DNA from: an uncultured Chloroflexia bacterium
GTDB taxonomy: Bacteria > Chloroflexota > Anaerolineae > Anaerolineales > E44-bin32
NCBI GenBank assembly: GCA_963797485.1
Contig: CAWCPF010000003.1
Span: forward strand, 199,957-263,956
Length of the DNA: 64,000 nucleotides
Reading direction: 5' to 3'
Both the position numbers and the translations under genes were made by a program. The notes beneath the pieces were generated by a model, which worked only from the letters and a program-made list of their open reading frames with translations, ran no database searches and had not been told where the DNA came from. Shown piece after piece: positions 28,492-38,795 of the stretch (within the stretch, counting starts at the first letter, position 1; each line of letters starts with the position of its first letter).

Positions 28492-29712
28492 TTGAGCGAC
28501 CCCATACGCCTGCTCCACTTTGCCGATTTGCACGTCGGCATGGAGAACTACGGGCGACTGGACCCGGCCACCGGGACGTCGACGCGCGTGCGCGATTTCC
28601 TCGACCGCCTGGACGAGGTGATCGACTACGGCCTCGAACATGGCGCCGACCTGGCCATCTTCGCCGGGGATGCTTTCAAGAACCGCGACCCCGATCCAAC
28701 CCAGCAGCGCGAGTTCGCCAGCCGCATTAAGCGGCTGGCAGACGCCGTGCCGACCCTGCTCCTGGTCGGCAATCATGACATGCCGGGTATGGCCGCCAGG
28801 GCCAGCAGCCTCGACATCTTCCGGGCGCTGGACGTGCCCGGGGTGATGGTTGGACACACCCCCGGCGGGCAGGTGATCGAGACAAGGCGGGGCCCGGTCT
28901 ATCTCGCATGGCTGCCTTACCCGATGCGCAACCGGCTGCTATCGCAAGAGGAAAACCGCGGCAAGACCCTGGAGGAGTTGGAGGCCGCGCTCAAGGAAAC
29001 TGTCTCGCTTATCTTGCGCGACCTGGCGCACGAGGCCGGCGCGCACGCCATGCCCCGCGTGCTGGCCGCACACCTCTCGGTCGCCGAGGCCAAACTGGGC
29101 TCAGAACGGAGCGTGATGCTTGGCCGGGACGTCGCCGTCACGACGTCGGGCCTGGCCGATGAGGTCTGGGACTACGTGGCCCTGGGCCACATTCACAAGC
29201 ATCAAGCCCTCAACGCCGGCGGCAGGCCGCCGGTGGTCTACAGCGGGTCTTTGGAGCGCATCGACTTTGGCGAGGAGGCCGAGGAAAAGGGCTTCTGCTG
29301 GGTCGAGCTGAAACGTGAGGCCACACAATGGCGTTTTGTGCCCGTCCGGGCGCGGCCTTTCCACACCTTGCGGGTCGATGTGCGCCAGGCTGAGGAGCCG
29401 ACGTCGGCCGTCATCGCCGCCCTGGACAAGACCCCGGACGGCGCCGTCGTGCGTGTGATCGTCCGGCTGCGGTCATCGCAACAGGCCGGGCTGCGAGACC
29501 GCGATATCCACGCCGCGCTGCCAGACGCCGCCAGCGTCGTCGTGATTCGTGAAGTGGACACAGAGCTGCGAGCGCGTCTGGGCAACCTGGCCCCGGAGGC
29601 GCTGTCGCCGATCGAGCTGGTGCGAGCTTACTTGGAAGCCCGCTCCGTCGAGCCGGATCGGCTCTCGGCCCTGCTGGCCGAGGCCGCCGAGCTGTTCAGC
29701 CTAACCGGCTAG
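28492..29712 (+). CDS. sbcD: exonuclease SbcD (Mre11-type nuclease subunit)
   Basis: LLHFADLHVG, FAGDAFK, GNHD and GHIH phosphoesterase motifs. TTG 28492 is preceded by AAGGACGGG. The track start 28369 would overlap the DinB-like gene. Confidence 0.85.
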   Translation: MSDPIRLLHFADLHVGMENYGRLDPATGTSTRVRDFLDRLDEVIDYGLEHGADLAIFAGDAFKNRDPDPTQQREFASRIKRLADAVPTLLLVGNHDMPGMAARASSLDIFRALDVPGVMVGHTPGGQVIETRRGPVYLAWLPYPMRNRLLSQEENRGKTLEELEAALKETVSLILRDLAHEAGAHAMPRVLAAHLSVAEAKLGSERSVMLGRDVAVTTSGLADEVWDYVALGHIHKHQALNAGGRPPVVYSGSLERIDFGEEAEEKGFCWVELKREATQWRFVPVRARPFHTLRVDVRQAEEPTSAVIAALDKTPDGAVVRVIVRLRSSQQAGLRDRDIHAALPDAASVVVIREVDTELRARLGNLAPEALSPIELVRAYLEARSVEPDRLSALLAEAAELFSLTG

Positions 29713-29718
29713 CCGTCC

Positions 29719-29862
29719 ATGATGGTTGAAAAGGCGCAACCATAATGGTTGAGAAGGCGCAACCACTTGGACCAGCGCAGGTGCTGGCATAATGGTTGAG
29801 AAGGCGCAACCACCTGTACCAGCGCAGGTGCTGGCATAATGGTTGAGAAGGCGCAACCATGA
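29719..29862 (+). repeat. tandem 47-bp repeat array of hairpins / overlapping micro-ORFs between sbcD and sbcC
   Basis: ATGGTTGA(A/G)AAGGCGCAACCA occurs four times (29722, 29745, 29792, 29839). Two full 47-bp units also carry CCAGCGCAGGTGCTGG. The array reads as MMVEKAQP*, MVEKAQPLGPAQVLA*, MVEKAQPPVPAQVLA*, MVEKAQP*, linked by TAATG/ATGA overlaps into the sbcC ATG at 29859. Confidence 0.9.
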
Positions 29863-31952
29863 TCCCCGTCGAACTCCAGGTTTGGAACTTCCTGGCCTAT
29901 CGAGACCCCGGGCCATTGCGGCTGGATGGGATTCACGTGGCCTGCCTGGTCGGGCCGAACGGCGCCGGAAAGTCGTCGCTCCTGGATGCCATCACCTGGT
30001 GCGTCTGGGGCAAAGCGCGTAGTAACACAGCCGACGAGCTCATCCACCAGGGCCAGGACGAGATGCGGGTCAGTTTGACGTTCGACCAGGCCGGGGCGCG
30101 CTATCGCGTCATGCGCCAGAGGAAGAGCGGCAAACGAGGCGCGTCACTGCTCGAATTTCAAGCTTGGGACGCAGCCGCCGAGGTGTGGGTGCCCATGTCG
30201 GAGGGGTCCATCCGCGAGACCCAGGACAAGATCGACCAGACGCTCAGACTGGACTACGACACGTTTGTCAACTCGGCCTTTCTGGTGCAGGGGCGGGCGG
30301 ACGAGTTCACCACCAAAACCCCCAGCCAGCGCAAGCAGGTGCTGGCGAATGTGCTTGGGCTGTCCGTCTGGGAGGTGTACGAGGCGAGGGCCAAAGAGCG
30401 CATCCAGGCCACCCGCGATCAGATTCACCGCATCGAAGGCCGGCTGGAGGAAGTCGAGCGTGACCTGGCCCGGCGGGACGAGCATTCCACCGAACTGACG
30501 GCGGCCGAGGCGGCCGCAGTGCAGGCGGCCGCCAAGCTGAGCGCGGCCGAGAAGCAGTGGACGGATCAGGAGCACACTCGCAGCCAGCTGCTCAGCATGC
30601 AGCGTCAGATGGAGGATCTTTCACGCCGCATAGACGGCCGCACGAAGGATCTGCGTGAGGCGCAGGACGAACTGGCCGGAGCACGGGCGCGCGCGGACAA
30701 GGCCGCATTGGAGGCCGCCATCGCCGAAAGCCGCCGCGAGTTGGACCAGCTGGCTCAAGTCCAGCAGGCCGTGGACGAGGCCCAACGGCAGCGCTCAACC
30801 GCAGCCGAAGAATCGGCCAGGCTCAAGGGCATCAATCAGTTGCTTGGACCCGAAACGGAGCCGATGAAATCCAGGGCGCAGACTCTGGAGAGCGCCCGCG
30901 AGCCTATTTGCCCGACCTGCGGACAGACCCTGACCGACGACCACCGTCACCAGTTGGTGGCCGACCTGAAGCGTGAAATCGAGATGCGGCGCGAAAGCTA
31001 TCGGGCCAATCTCGATCTGATCAAGGCCCTGGACGATGAGCAGGCGCGCCTCGAGACCGGCCTGAAAGACCTGCAGGCCCGGGCGGCACGCCGAGGCCAG
31101 GTGGAGCGGCAGCTTGCCGCGGCCGAGGCCGACTTGAAACATGCCGATGAAAGCCATGTGCGGGCCGACCGGCTGGCGGCCCGGGCGGCCGAGTGGCAGG
31201 GGCAGCTGGCCGAGGATGAGGCGGCCCGCGCCGAGCTCCGCCGCCAGATAGAGGCGACGGAAGCCCAACTGAAGACCGTATCGGCGAGCGCCGCGGAAGT
31301 CGAGCGGCTGCGGCTTGAAAAGCGATTGGCCGATGAACGCGTCGGCGGGGCGCGCCAGCAGCTGGCCGCCCTGACTTCGATGGACGCACAGCGCGTGGAG
31401 CTGCGGAAGACATGGGATCAGGAAGCAGCCGCCTTGGCCGCGCTGGAAGAACTTCGTGAGGCCTTCAGCAAGCGCGGGGTTCCGGCCATGATCATCGAGA
31501 CGGTCGTTCCGGAGCTTGAGCGCCACGCCAATGAACTGCTCTCACGCCTTACCGACGGCCGGCTGAATGTGCGCATTGAGACCCAGCGTGAGATCAAGAC
31601 CGGGGACCTGCGCGAGGCCCTGGATATCATCATTTCCGATGAGCTGGGGAGTCGCCCATACGAACTCTACTCGGGCGGCGAGGCGTTCCGGATTAACTTC
31701 GCCATCCGGATTGCATTGTCCCGGTTGCTGGCCAACCGCTCCGGGGCACAGCTCCGGAGTTTGTTCATGGACGAGGGGTTTGGCACGCAGGACGCCGGAG
31801 GCCGCGAGCACCTGATTGAGGCCCTTAACAGCATCCAGGAAAGCTTTGATCGGATCCTGGTCATCACGCACATCGAAGAGTTGAAGGATGCCTTTCCGGC
31901 GCGGATCGAAGTCCGGAAAACCCCCCAGGGTTCAGTATTCAGCCTGAGTTGA
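29859..31952 (+). CDS. sbcC: exonuclease SbcC (Rad50/SMC-type ATPase subunit, short form)
   Basis: Walker A GPNGAGKSS, long coiled coil with zinc hook CPTCGQ, signature YSGGEAFRINFAIRIAL, Walker B LFMDEGFG. Confidence 0.85.
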   Translation: MIPVELQVWNFLAYRDPGPLRLDGIHVACLVGPNGAGKSSLLDAITWCVWGKARSNTADELIHQGQDEMRVSLTFDQAGARYRVMRQRKSGKRGASLLEFQAWDAAAEVWVPMSEGSIRETQDKIDQTLRLDYDTFVNSAFLVQGRADEFTTKTPSQRKQVLANVLGLSVWEVYEARAKERIQATRDQIHRIEGRLEEVERDLARRDEHSTELTAAEAAAVQAAAKLSAAEKQWTDQEHTRSQLLSMQRQMEDLSRRIDGRTKDLREAQDELAGARARADKAALEAAIAESRRELDQLAQVQQAVDEAQRQRSTAAEESARLKGINQLLGPETEPMKSRAQTLESAREPICPTCGQTLTDDHRHQLVADLKREIEMRRESYRANLDLIKALDDEQARLETGLKDLQARAARRGQVERQLAAAEADLKHADESHVRADRLAARAAEWQGQLAEDEAARAELRRQIEATEAQLKTVSASAAEVERLRLEKRLADERVGGARQQLAALTSMDAQRVELRKTWDQEAAALAALEELREAFSKRGVPAMIIETVVPELERHANELLSRLTDGRLNVRIETQREIKTGDLREALDIIISDELGSRPYELYSGGEAFRINFAIRIALSRLLANRSGAQLRSLFMDEGFGTQDAGGREHLIEALNSIQESFDRILVITHIEELKDAFPARIEVRKTPQGSVFSLS

Positions 31953-31990
31953 GGCCGATCGCATCCGGGGAGATGGCAGCCCGGACGAGA

Positions 31991-34900
31991 CTACACCGCT
32001 TGCTGCCCGCTGGCGGGGCGTTCGCCTCGCAGGTCCGCCACCAGCGGAAGCCATACGGTGACCTTGGTGCCTCGGTCATCGTTGGGCTCGACCGTGATCT
32101 GTCCGCCGTGGATCTCGGCGATCTCTTTGCAGATCGCCAGGCCCAGGCCCGTCCCGGGCGCTCCCGTAGACACGCTGGCCTTGCCCCGAAAGAATCGATC
32201 GAAGATTCGGCCACGCTCTTCGGAGGCGATGCCCAATCCGGTGTCCTCGAAGGCCGCCGTGATCCAGGCCTGGCCGGAACGTGCCTTGGAATGCGTTCGC
32301 AGCGTGATGCGTCCACCCGAAGGAGTGTAGTTCATGGCGTTGGTGAGCAGGTTGGTGAAAACCTGTGTGAGCAAACGGGCATCACCCATCGCTGGCGGCA
32401 GGTCAGGCGAGGCTTCCATGATCATCATCAGACCCTTCCTGGCTGCCAGCGCCCGCCGATCGTCGTAAAGCGCCTGCAGGATCCCGTTCAAATCAAACGG
32501 CCGTGGCTGGAAGGGCGTTGAGCCCGATTCGAGTCTCGACAGCGACAACAGATCATCGATCAGGTGCGCCAGGCGCTCGCTTTCGCGCGTCAGGGTTGCG
32601 ATGTAGGTGGATGAACGCTCAGGGTCATGCGTCTCCCGGAGCAGATCGACATACAGGCGGATGTTGGTGAGGGGGGTGCGCAGCTCGTGAGAGACATCCG
32701 AGACGAACTGTGACTTGAGCCGGTCGAGCTCCTTCAGCGCGCTGATGTCGTGCTGCACGGCGACGAAGTTGACCACCGCCTTGGTATCCCCCATGACGGG
32801 GGTGATGGCCACGGCGACTTCGTAGGTTCGGCCGTCCTTGTGGCGGTTGACCAGCTCGCCGTGCCAGGCCCTGCCGGCGCGCAAAGTATCCCACAGGTCG
32901 CTTACGACCTGGGCCGGGTTGAATGCATCGTCCACCAGCCCGACCTCGCCGGCAACCACCTCCGAGCGCCGGTAGCCGCTGATGCGCTCCCACGCCGGGT
33001 TGACATACTCAATGCCGCCTTTCGGATCGGTGACCAGGACAGCATCACCGATGTTTTTCAAGATGGTGTCCAGGCGGTCACGCTCGGAGCGGAGAGCGGT
33101 TTCCAGTGCCTTGCGTTCGGAGATGTCGAGCACCAGGATGGTGATGCCCTGAGGCTGGCCCTGGTCGTCAACGATCCGGTTGACGGCAAAGATGACCGGA
33201 ATCGACTGGCTTTCGGAGCCCAGCACTTCAACCTCATAGATCTCCTGCGCCGGCAGGCCGAACGAGGCCTGGGGCCGCAAGCGGTCGATCATCACCCCGC
33301 GCAGAGCCTCGGGGAAGATGCGCTCGGCGGCCTTCTCGATGCCGGTGCCGCGCAGATCTTCGACATCCAGCCCGAGCAGGCCGGTGAAGACATGGTTGAC
33401 GAAGGACAACGTCCCCTGGCTGTCGATGTGGGCGATTCCGGCCAGCGACGTCTCCAACAAGCCGCGGTAGCGGGCTTCAGACAGGGCCAGATCACGCGTG
33501 CGCTCGACGACTTCGCCTTCCAGCCGCTGCGCCTGGGATTCGATCTGGCCGTACAAATCGGCGTTCTCGATGGCGACGGCCGCCTGGGCGGCGAAGGCGG
33601 TCAGGAGATCAAGATCGGACGGTGTGAACGGGCGCTCGACACCCAGGCGGCGAACCGCCATGACGCCCACCGTCCGTTGCCGCGCCACCAGGGGTGCCAT
33701 GGCCAGGCATTCGGGCTCATTGCTGGGTGTGCCCGGCACCTGCAGGCTCCGCGGGTCGGTGTTCGGGTCGTTGATCACCAGAGGCTTGCTGGTGGCCATG
33801 ACGTGCCCGGCTAGGCCGGTGCCGGGTTCGAGTTCGAGCGCCATAAGGGATTCGGCATCGGGATCCAGGGCCACCAGGCAGCGCAACGTGCCTCGCTGTG
33901 GGTCGAGCATATGGATGCGACTGCCGTCGGCTTCAAACAGGTCCTTGGCCTGTTCGGCGATCAGGCGCAGCACCGTTTCCAGGTCCAGCGAGCCCGAAAT
34001 GGAGTGTGACGTGCGGATCAGCGCCTGGGATTCTTCGGCTCGAAGACGGATCTCGTCGTACAGACGAGCGTTTTTGATTGCCAGCGCCGACATGTTGGCG
34101 ATCGCCTGGGTCATTTCGACCTGGTCCTTGCGAAAGGCATCGCCCTGTCGGGTCTTGAACAGTCCCATGGCACCCACCGGATCATCGCCGGCGTAGAGCG
34201 GCACCCCGAGGAACGCGTGCAGGCCGGCGCCGGCCCATTCGGACAGGGCCTGCATGTGAGCGCCGTACTCGTCGAGCAGGATGGGTTCCGCCTTATCGAT
34301 CAGCAGCCAGGCGATGCCCTGCCCGCGCGGCGAGGGTTTCAACCTGAGATGGTCCGGCAGCCCAAAGGTGTAGGGGTAGGTCAGGCTCTGCCCGTCAGGA
34401 TCGATCAGGGCCAAAGCGCCGGCGTCGGCGTCGGTAACCTCGACGGCCACGCGGATGACGCGCTCGAGGATGGTCGACTGATCGAAGGCGCTGGCCACCG
34501 CCTCGGCCACCTGGTTGCGCAACCGCTCCCGGCTGAGCGCCAGCTGCATTTCCTCGCGCGAGCGGACATGGCTGATGGCAATCGCCACGTGGTCGGCCAA
34601 CGAACCCATGATGGGCAGATCATCCGAAGTCAGCCAATGGGCATTGACCGTAATGATTCCCAGCGGCTGGTCCGACACACTCAAGGGGGCCACGATGGTC
34701 GGGGTATCGCCGCCGATCAGGCGCAGGATAGCCGGCAGCAGGGCGTGCAGGCGTCCGGGCAGCAGGTCGGCGAGCGTTTGTCGGCGGTCGGTGATGAAGA
34801 TCGGCTCGCCGCGGGCCATGGCGGTCTGGAAAGGCGACACGCCGTTCGGCTCGAAGCGGTAGCCCAGCAGATCGATCCCGGTCAAGCGGCGGATAGTGTG

Positions 34901-35164
34901 CTCGACTACCGGGCTCAAGACGCGGCTGCGCACCACCAGCATCCCCTGGTCGTCGAGTAAGAAGACGCCGCCGATGAGCCTGAGCTTGCGGAGCTCTTCC
35001 GACACAGCGCGCAAGACGTCGGCTTCGGAGGAGGTAGCGCGCCGAGCGACGGCTGCGGCCGCATGCAGCACCGAGAGCATGCTGACTTGGAATGAGGATG
35101 GCTGGCGATCGGAGCCCCCGCGACGCAGCCACTTGGGCCAGGGCATGTGCACACCTGCCGCCAT
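31991..35164 (-). CDS. multi-sensor (GAF/PAS) histidine kinase
   Basis: 1057 aa. Several GAF- and PAS-like modules, H-box SHELRTPLT, and N/G1/G2 boxes (NLLTNAMNY, DTGLGI, GTGLGLAI). No response regulator gene is adjacent. Confidence 0.85.
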   Translation of the reverse strand: MAAGVHMPWPKWLRRGGSDRQPSSFQVSMLSVLHAAAAVARRATSSEADVLRAVSEELRKLRLIGGVFLLDDQGMLVVRSRVLSPVVEHTIRRLTGIDLLGYRFEPNGVSPFQTAMARGEPIFITDRRQTLADLLPGRLHALLPAILRLIGGDTPTIVAPLSVSDQPLGIITVNAHWLTSDDLPIMGSLADHVAIAISHVRSREEMQLALSRERLRNQVAEAVASAFDQSTILERVIRVAVEVTDADAGALALIDPDGQSLTYPYTFGLPDHLRLKPSPRGQGIAWLLIDKAEPILLDEYGAHMQALSEWAGAGLHAFLGVPLYAGDDPVGAMGLFKTRQGDAFRKDQVEMTQAIANMSALAIKNARLYDEIRLRAEESQALIRTSHSISGSLDLETVLRLIAEQAKDLFEADGSRIHMLDPQRGTLRCLVALDPDAESLMALELEPGTGLAGHVMATSKPLVINDPNTDPRSLQVPGTPSNEPECLAMAPLVARQRTVGVMAVRRLGVERPFTPSDLDLLTAFAAQAAVAIENADLYGQIESQAQRLEGEVVERTRDLALSEARYRGLLETSLAGIAHIDSQGTLSFVNHVFTGLLGLDVEDLRGTGIEKAAERIFPEALRGVMIDRLRPQASFGLPAQEIYEVEVLGSESQSIPVIFAVNRIVDDQGQPQGITILVLDISERKALETALRSERDRLDTILKNIGDAVLVTDPKGGIEYVNPAWERISGYRRSEVVAGEVGLVDDAFNPAQVVSDLWDTLRAGRAWHGELVNRHKDGRTYEVAVAITPVMGDTKAVVNFVAVQHDISALKELDRLKSQFVSDVSHELRTPLTNIRLYVDLLRETHDPERSSTYIATLTRESERLAHLIDDLLSLSRLESGSTPFQPRPFDLNGILQALYDDRRALAARKGLMMIMEASPDLPPAMGDARLLTQVFTNLLTNAMNYTPSGGRITLRTHSKARSGQAWITAAFEDTGLGIASEERGRIFDRFFRGKASVSTGAPGTGLGLAICKEIAEIHGGQITVEPNDDRGTKVTVWLPLVADLRGERPASGQQAV

Positions 35165-35255
35165 GCGAACCTAGAGGGCAGGGACTGGCCGCCCTCCATC
35201 AGGCATCGAACGATAGTGTACCCCGCCTGACCGGGCGTGCAATCAACCGAACGGT

Positions 35256-36263
35256 TCAGGGCAGGCTGGCTTCGTTCGCCTTGAACCAGGCCACGGCCTG
35301 CTGGATGCCGTCGGCCACGCTGTGGCCGGGTTCAAAACCCAGCTCGTTTGTGGCGCGCGACGTATCGTAGTAGAAATGAACACCCGCCAGAGGGAAAAGG
35401 CTCAACCAGTTCGGCAGGGGCACCCATCGGCTGAGCGCGATGGCCGCGCCTCCCAGCGCGCGCAAGGGGAAAGGCGGCATATCGAGGCGCGGGCCGGGAC
35501 GTCCCAGGATGCGGGCGGTCATGGCCAACAGGGCGTGATGAGTCATGTTCTCGGCCCCAAGGATGTAACGGCGGCCTGGCTTCCCGCGCTCGAGCGCGGC
35601 GACGTGGCCCGCAACAACGTCGTCAATGTGAATGGCGTTCAGGCCGCCTGAAGCCCCCAGTGGGGGGAGCCGACCGGAAAGCAGACGGCCGACAATGCTG
35701 GCCCGGTAGCGGTACACGTCGCCGGGGCCGAAGATCACCGAGGGGTTGACGATCACGGCCGGGAGCCCGGCCTTCACGGCCTGCAGGACCTCGGCTTCAG
35801 CGCGGTCCTTGGCGAAGCCATAGGGCCAGATGCGGGCGGACGTATTCCAGGCGTGGGTCTCATCGAGCAACGGCGCGTCCGCGCCATCCGGGCCCGGGTC
35901 TCTATCCGGCACCCCAAGGGCCGCCACTGAAGACGTGTGCACAAAACGGCCGACACCGGCCTTCAAAGCCGCCGACAGGACGTGGCGCGTTCCGGCGACA
36001 TGGCTGGCGATCATGTGCTCGGGTTTCTTCCAGCGGGTGACTTCGCCGGCGCAATGGAAGATGACCTCTTGCGCATGCGCCGCCGCCTCGAGCGAGGGCG
36101 GGTCCATCAGGTCGCCCAGCACAACCTCAACTGCCAGGCCGTCGAGGGCCAGGCGGCTGCTGGTGGGCCGGACCATGGCGCGAACCGCGTGCCCATGGAG
36201 ACTGAGGGCCCGGCAGATGCGTGACCCGAGGAAGCCGGAGGCGCCGGTGACGAGAACCCTCAT
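35256..36263 (-). CDS. NAD-dependent epimerase/dehydratase family protein
   Basis: VLVTGASGFLGSRI Rossmann motif, 335 aa, extended SDR architecture. Confidence 0.8.
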   Translation of the reverse strand: MRVLVTGASGFLGSRICRALSLHGHAVRAMVRPTSSRLALDGLAVEVVLGDLMDPPSLEAAAHAQEVIFHCAGEVTRWKKPEHMIASHVAGTRHVLSAALKAGVGRFVHTSSVAALGVPDRDPGPDGADAPLLDETHAWNTSARIWPYGFAKDRAEAEVLQAVKAGLPAVIVNPSVIFGPGDVYRYRASIVGRLLSGRLPPLGASGGLNAIHIDDVVAGHVAALERGKPGRRYILGAENMTHHALLAMTARILGRPGPRLDMPPFPLRALGGAAIALSRWVPLPNWLSLFPLAGVHFYYDTSRATNELGFEPGHSVADGIQQAVAWFKANEASLP

Positions 36264-36278
36264 GAACAGTTCACCGGG

Positions 36279-37501
36279 TCAGTCGAGCCACTCGATGATG
36301 GTGGCTTCGCCCTGCCCCACGCCGACGCACAGGGTGGCCAGGCCGTAGAACGGGCGAGGCTGGTTGGGGGCACGCCGCCGCATTTCGTGGACCAGCGTGG
36401 TGAGAATCCGGGCCCCCGAGCATCCCAGGGGGTGGCCCAAGGCGATGGCGCCGCCGTTGACGTTGGTGATCTCGTGGCGCATGCCTAATTCACGCATGAC
36501 CGCCAGCGATTGCACGGCGAAGGCTTCGTTCAACTCAATGAGCCCAATGTCATCCAGAAGTCAAGCCGGCGCGCGCCAGGGCCTTACGGGTGGCCGGGAT
36601 GGGGCCCAGGCCCATCGTGCGCGGGGCGACGCCGGCGGCGGCCGAAGCCACCACCCGCGCCATCGGACGCACGCCGATGTCGTCGGCCCGTTCGGCGCTG
36701 AGGAGCACCAGGGCGGCCGCCCCGTCGTTGATCCCGGAGGAGTTGCCGGCCGTCACCGTGCCGCCGGAGCGGAAAGCAGGCCGAAGCTTGGCCAGCGCTT
36801 CCAGGGATGTATCGCGGCGCGGCCGTTCGTCGGTGTCGACCACAACCGCATCGCCCTTGCGTTGGGGAACGTGCACCGGGACGATCTCCTCGGCGAAGCG
36901 TCCCAGAGTCTATGGCGGCAACGGCGCGGCGGTGGCTTTCGAAGGCAAACGCGTCCTGGTCCTGGCGGCTGATGTCGCGTGTGAGCTCGTACACGTTTTC
37001 AGCAGTCTCGCCCATGGATTCGTTGCCGACCAACTCCTTGAGGCGCGGATTAGGGAAGCGCCACCCGAGCGTCGTGTCCCAGGCGGTCAAGTCGCCCCAC
37101 GGGTAGGCCGGCTCCGGTTTGGGGAGGGCGTAGGGTGCCCGGGACATGCTTTCGACGCCCCCGGCGACATAGGCTTGGCCCTCACCGGCCTTGATGGCTC
37201 GGTGGGCGGCGTTGACCGCCTGCAAGCCGGAGGCACACAGGCGGTTGAAAGTCACCGCCGCCACCTCGACCGGGAGGCCGGCCAGCAGGGCGGCCATGCG
37301 GGCCACGTTGCGGTTGTCCTCGCCGGCCTGATTGGCGCACCCGAGGTAAACTTCTTCCAGGATTGAGGCGTCCACGCCGGCCAAGCGCACAGCCTCAGCT
37401 ATCACCCGAGCGGCTAGATCATCCGGGCGAACAGCCGCCAGGGCCCCGCCATGGGCACCGATGGGGGTGCGGACGGCCGAGACGATCACGGCTTCGGGCA
37501 T
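36279..37501 (-). pseudogene. acetyl-CoA acetyltransferase (thiolase), two +1 frameshifts
   Basis: The N-terminal frame has [10 protein letters not shown] (active Cys). The middle frame has [17 protein letters not shown]...[17 protein letters not shown]. The C-terminal frame has NEAFAVQ...[17 protein letters not shown]...CVGVGQG. Shifts lie near 36901 and 36552-36558. Confidence 0.85.
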
Positions 37502-37535
37502 GTCTTGCCTCCCAGAGGACGAATGCGCGTCGGGG

Positions 37536-37544
37536 ATTTTACCA
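37536..37544 (-). promoter_or_regulatory. extended -10 element TGgTAAAAT upstream of thiolase
   Basis: Reverse complement of ATTTTACCA, ~35 nt upstream of ATG 37501. GGGAGG lies in the short leader. Confidence 0.45.
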
Positions 37545-37620
37545 TCCGACTTTGTTCGCCCTTTTCAGCCCGCGTGCGGATGGGGGTCGGTCGTGGCCGA
37601 GAGCGCCGGGTCAACTTGAA

Positions 37621-38654
37621 ATGACGGAGCGGAGTATGTCCCTGATCGCCAACTGGAAAGAGATCATCGATACCGCCAACTTGTCCCCAGACAAGCATAT
37701 GGACCCCGTCAGCCGATGGCTGATTATCACCCGGTCGGCGGTGTTCAGCATGACTATGACGTCGGGGCTGATAGGCGGACTGCTGGCGGCACAGCTTTCG
37801 CCGACGGTGTCTTGGGGTCGGTTCGCCCTGGCCTTCGTGGGGCTGGTCCTGGCCCACACGGCCAACAACATGATCAACGACTACTTCGATCTCAAAGGCG
37901 GCGTAGACACCGACGAGTACACACCGCGCTGTATGCGCCGCATCCGGTGCTGGCGGGTTTGATCTCCAAGCGCGGGCTAGTGGCGGCGATCCTGGCCGTG
38001 AATGTGATCGACGCCGCCATCCTGGCTTGGCTGGCCGTGCAGACCGGCTGGCCGGTGGTGGCCTTTGCGCTGGCAGGCCTGTTCATCAGCGTGTTTTATG
38101 TCGCCCCGCCCATCAAGCTGAAGCACCGCGGCCTGGGCGAGCCCGCGGTGTTTATCGTGTGGGGGCCGCTGATGATAGGCGGGACGTATTTCGCCGTATC
38201 GGGGAGCCTGCCGCCGGCAAGCGTGTGGCTGGCGTGTGTCCCGTACGCTCTGGTAGTGACGACGGTGCTGATGGGCAAGCATATCGACAAGATCGAAGTC
38301 GACAAGCAGAAAGGCATCCGTACCCTTCCTGTTTTATTGGGGGACTCCACTTCACGGGCCTTGAATGTCGGCTTGATGGCGGCCTATTACGCGGCCGTGG
38401 TGGCGCTGGTGCTGGTGGGGGAGGTTGGAGCCTGGGTGCTGCTGGTGTTCCTGGCGGTGCCCCGGCTGCTCTCGGTGGTGAAGACCTATCGGGCGCCCAA
38501 GCCTTCCCAACCGCCCGACAATTACCCGGTTTGGCCGCTGTGGTATGTCTCGGCCGCCTTTTATCACAACAAGCTGGCCGGTGGTTTGTTTGTGCTGGGG
38601 CTGGCGCTCAATTGGCTCGTTCCGGCGGCCATGCACGCCTTGGGGCTGGGATGA
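37621..38654 (+). pseudogene. UbiA-family prenyltransferase (MenA-like), frameshifted
   Basis: The N-terminal frame has NNMINDYFD (NxxxDxxxD). The remainder (ALYAPHPVLAGLIS... with 7+ TM) is in another frame. The shift near 37919-37923 (ACAC) is consistent with a 2-nt insertion or a 1-nt deletion. Confidence 0.75.
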
Positions 38655-38689
38655 CTGTTGCGAGGAGTCTTGACGTACGGGGAGGATGT

Positions 38690-38795
38690 GGCCTTGGATA
38701 AAGAACCATGGGTGGCCGAGTTCGCGGGCACGTTTGGGCCGGTGCTCGTCGGGGCGGGTGCAGTGGCGATGGGAAGCGGCGGCGGGGTCGAGGCC
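38690..38795 (+). pseudogene. 5' fragment of an aquaporin gene (paralogous to 40329..40961)
   Basis: 38704-38790 matches 40339-40425 at roughly 90 percent identity by eye and encodes KEPWVAEFAGTFGPVLVGAGAVAMGSGG. Similarity ends abruptly, and no NPA motifs follow. Confidence 0.75.

Noticed and set aside
29713-29862. Possible CRISPR array, because of the regularly spaced direct repeats.
   Set aside because: There are only four ~21-bp repeats. The 'spacers' are 2 nt or near-identical 26-nt copies rather than unique sequences. No cas genes are present. It is a tandem duplication, not a CRISPR array.
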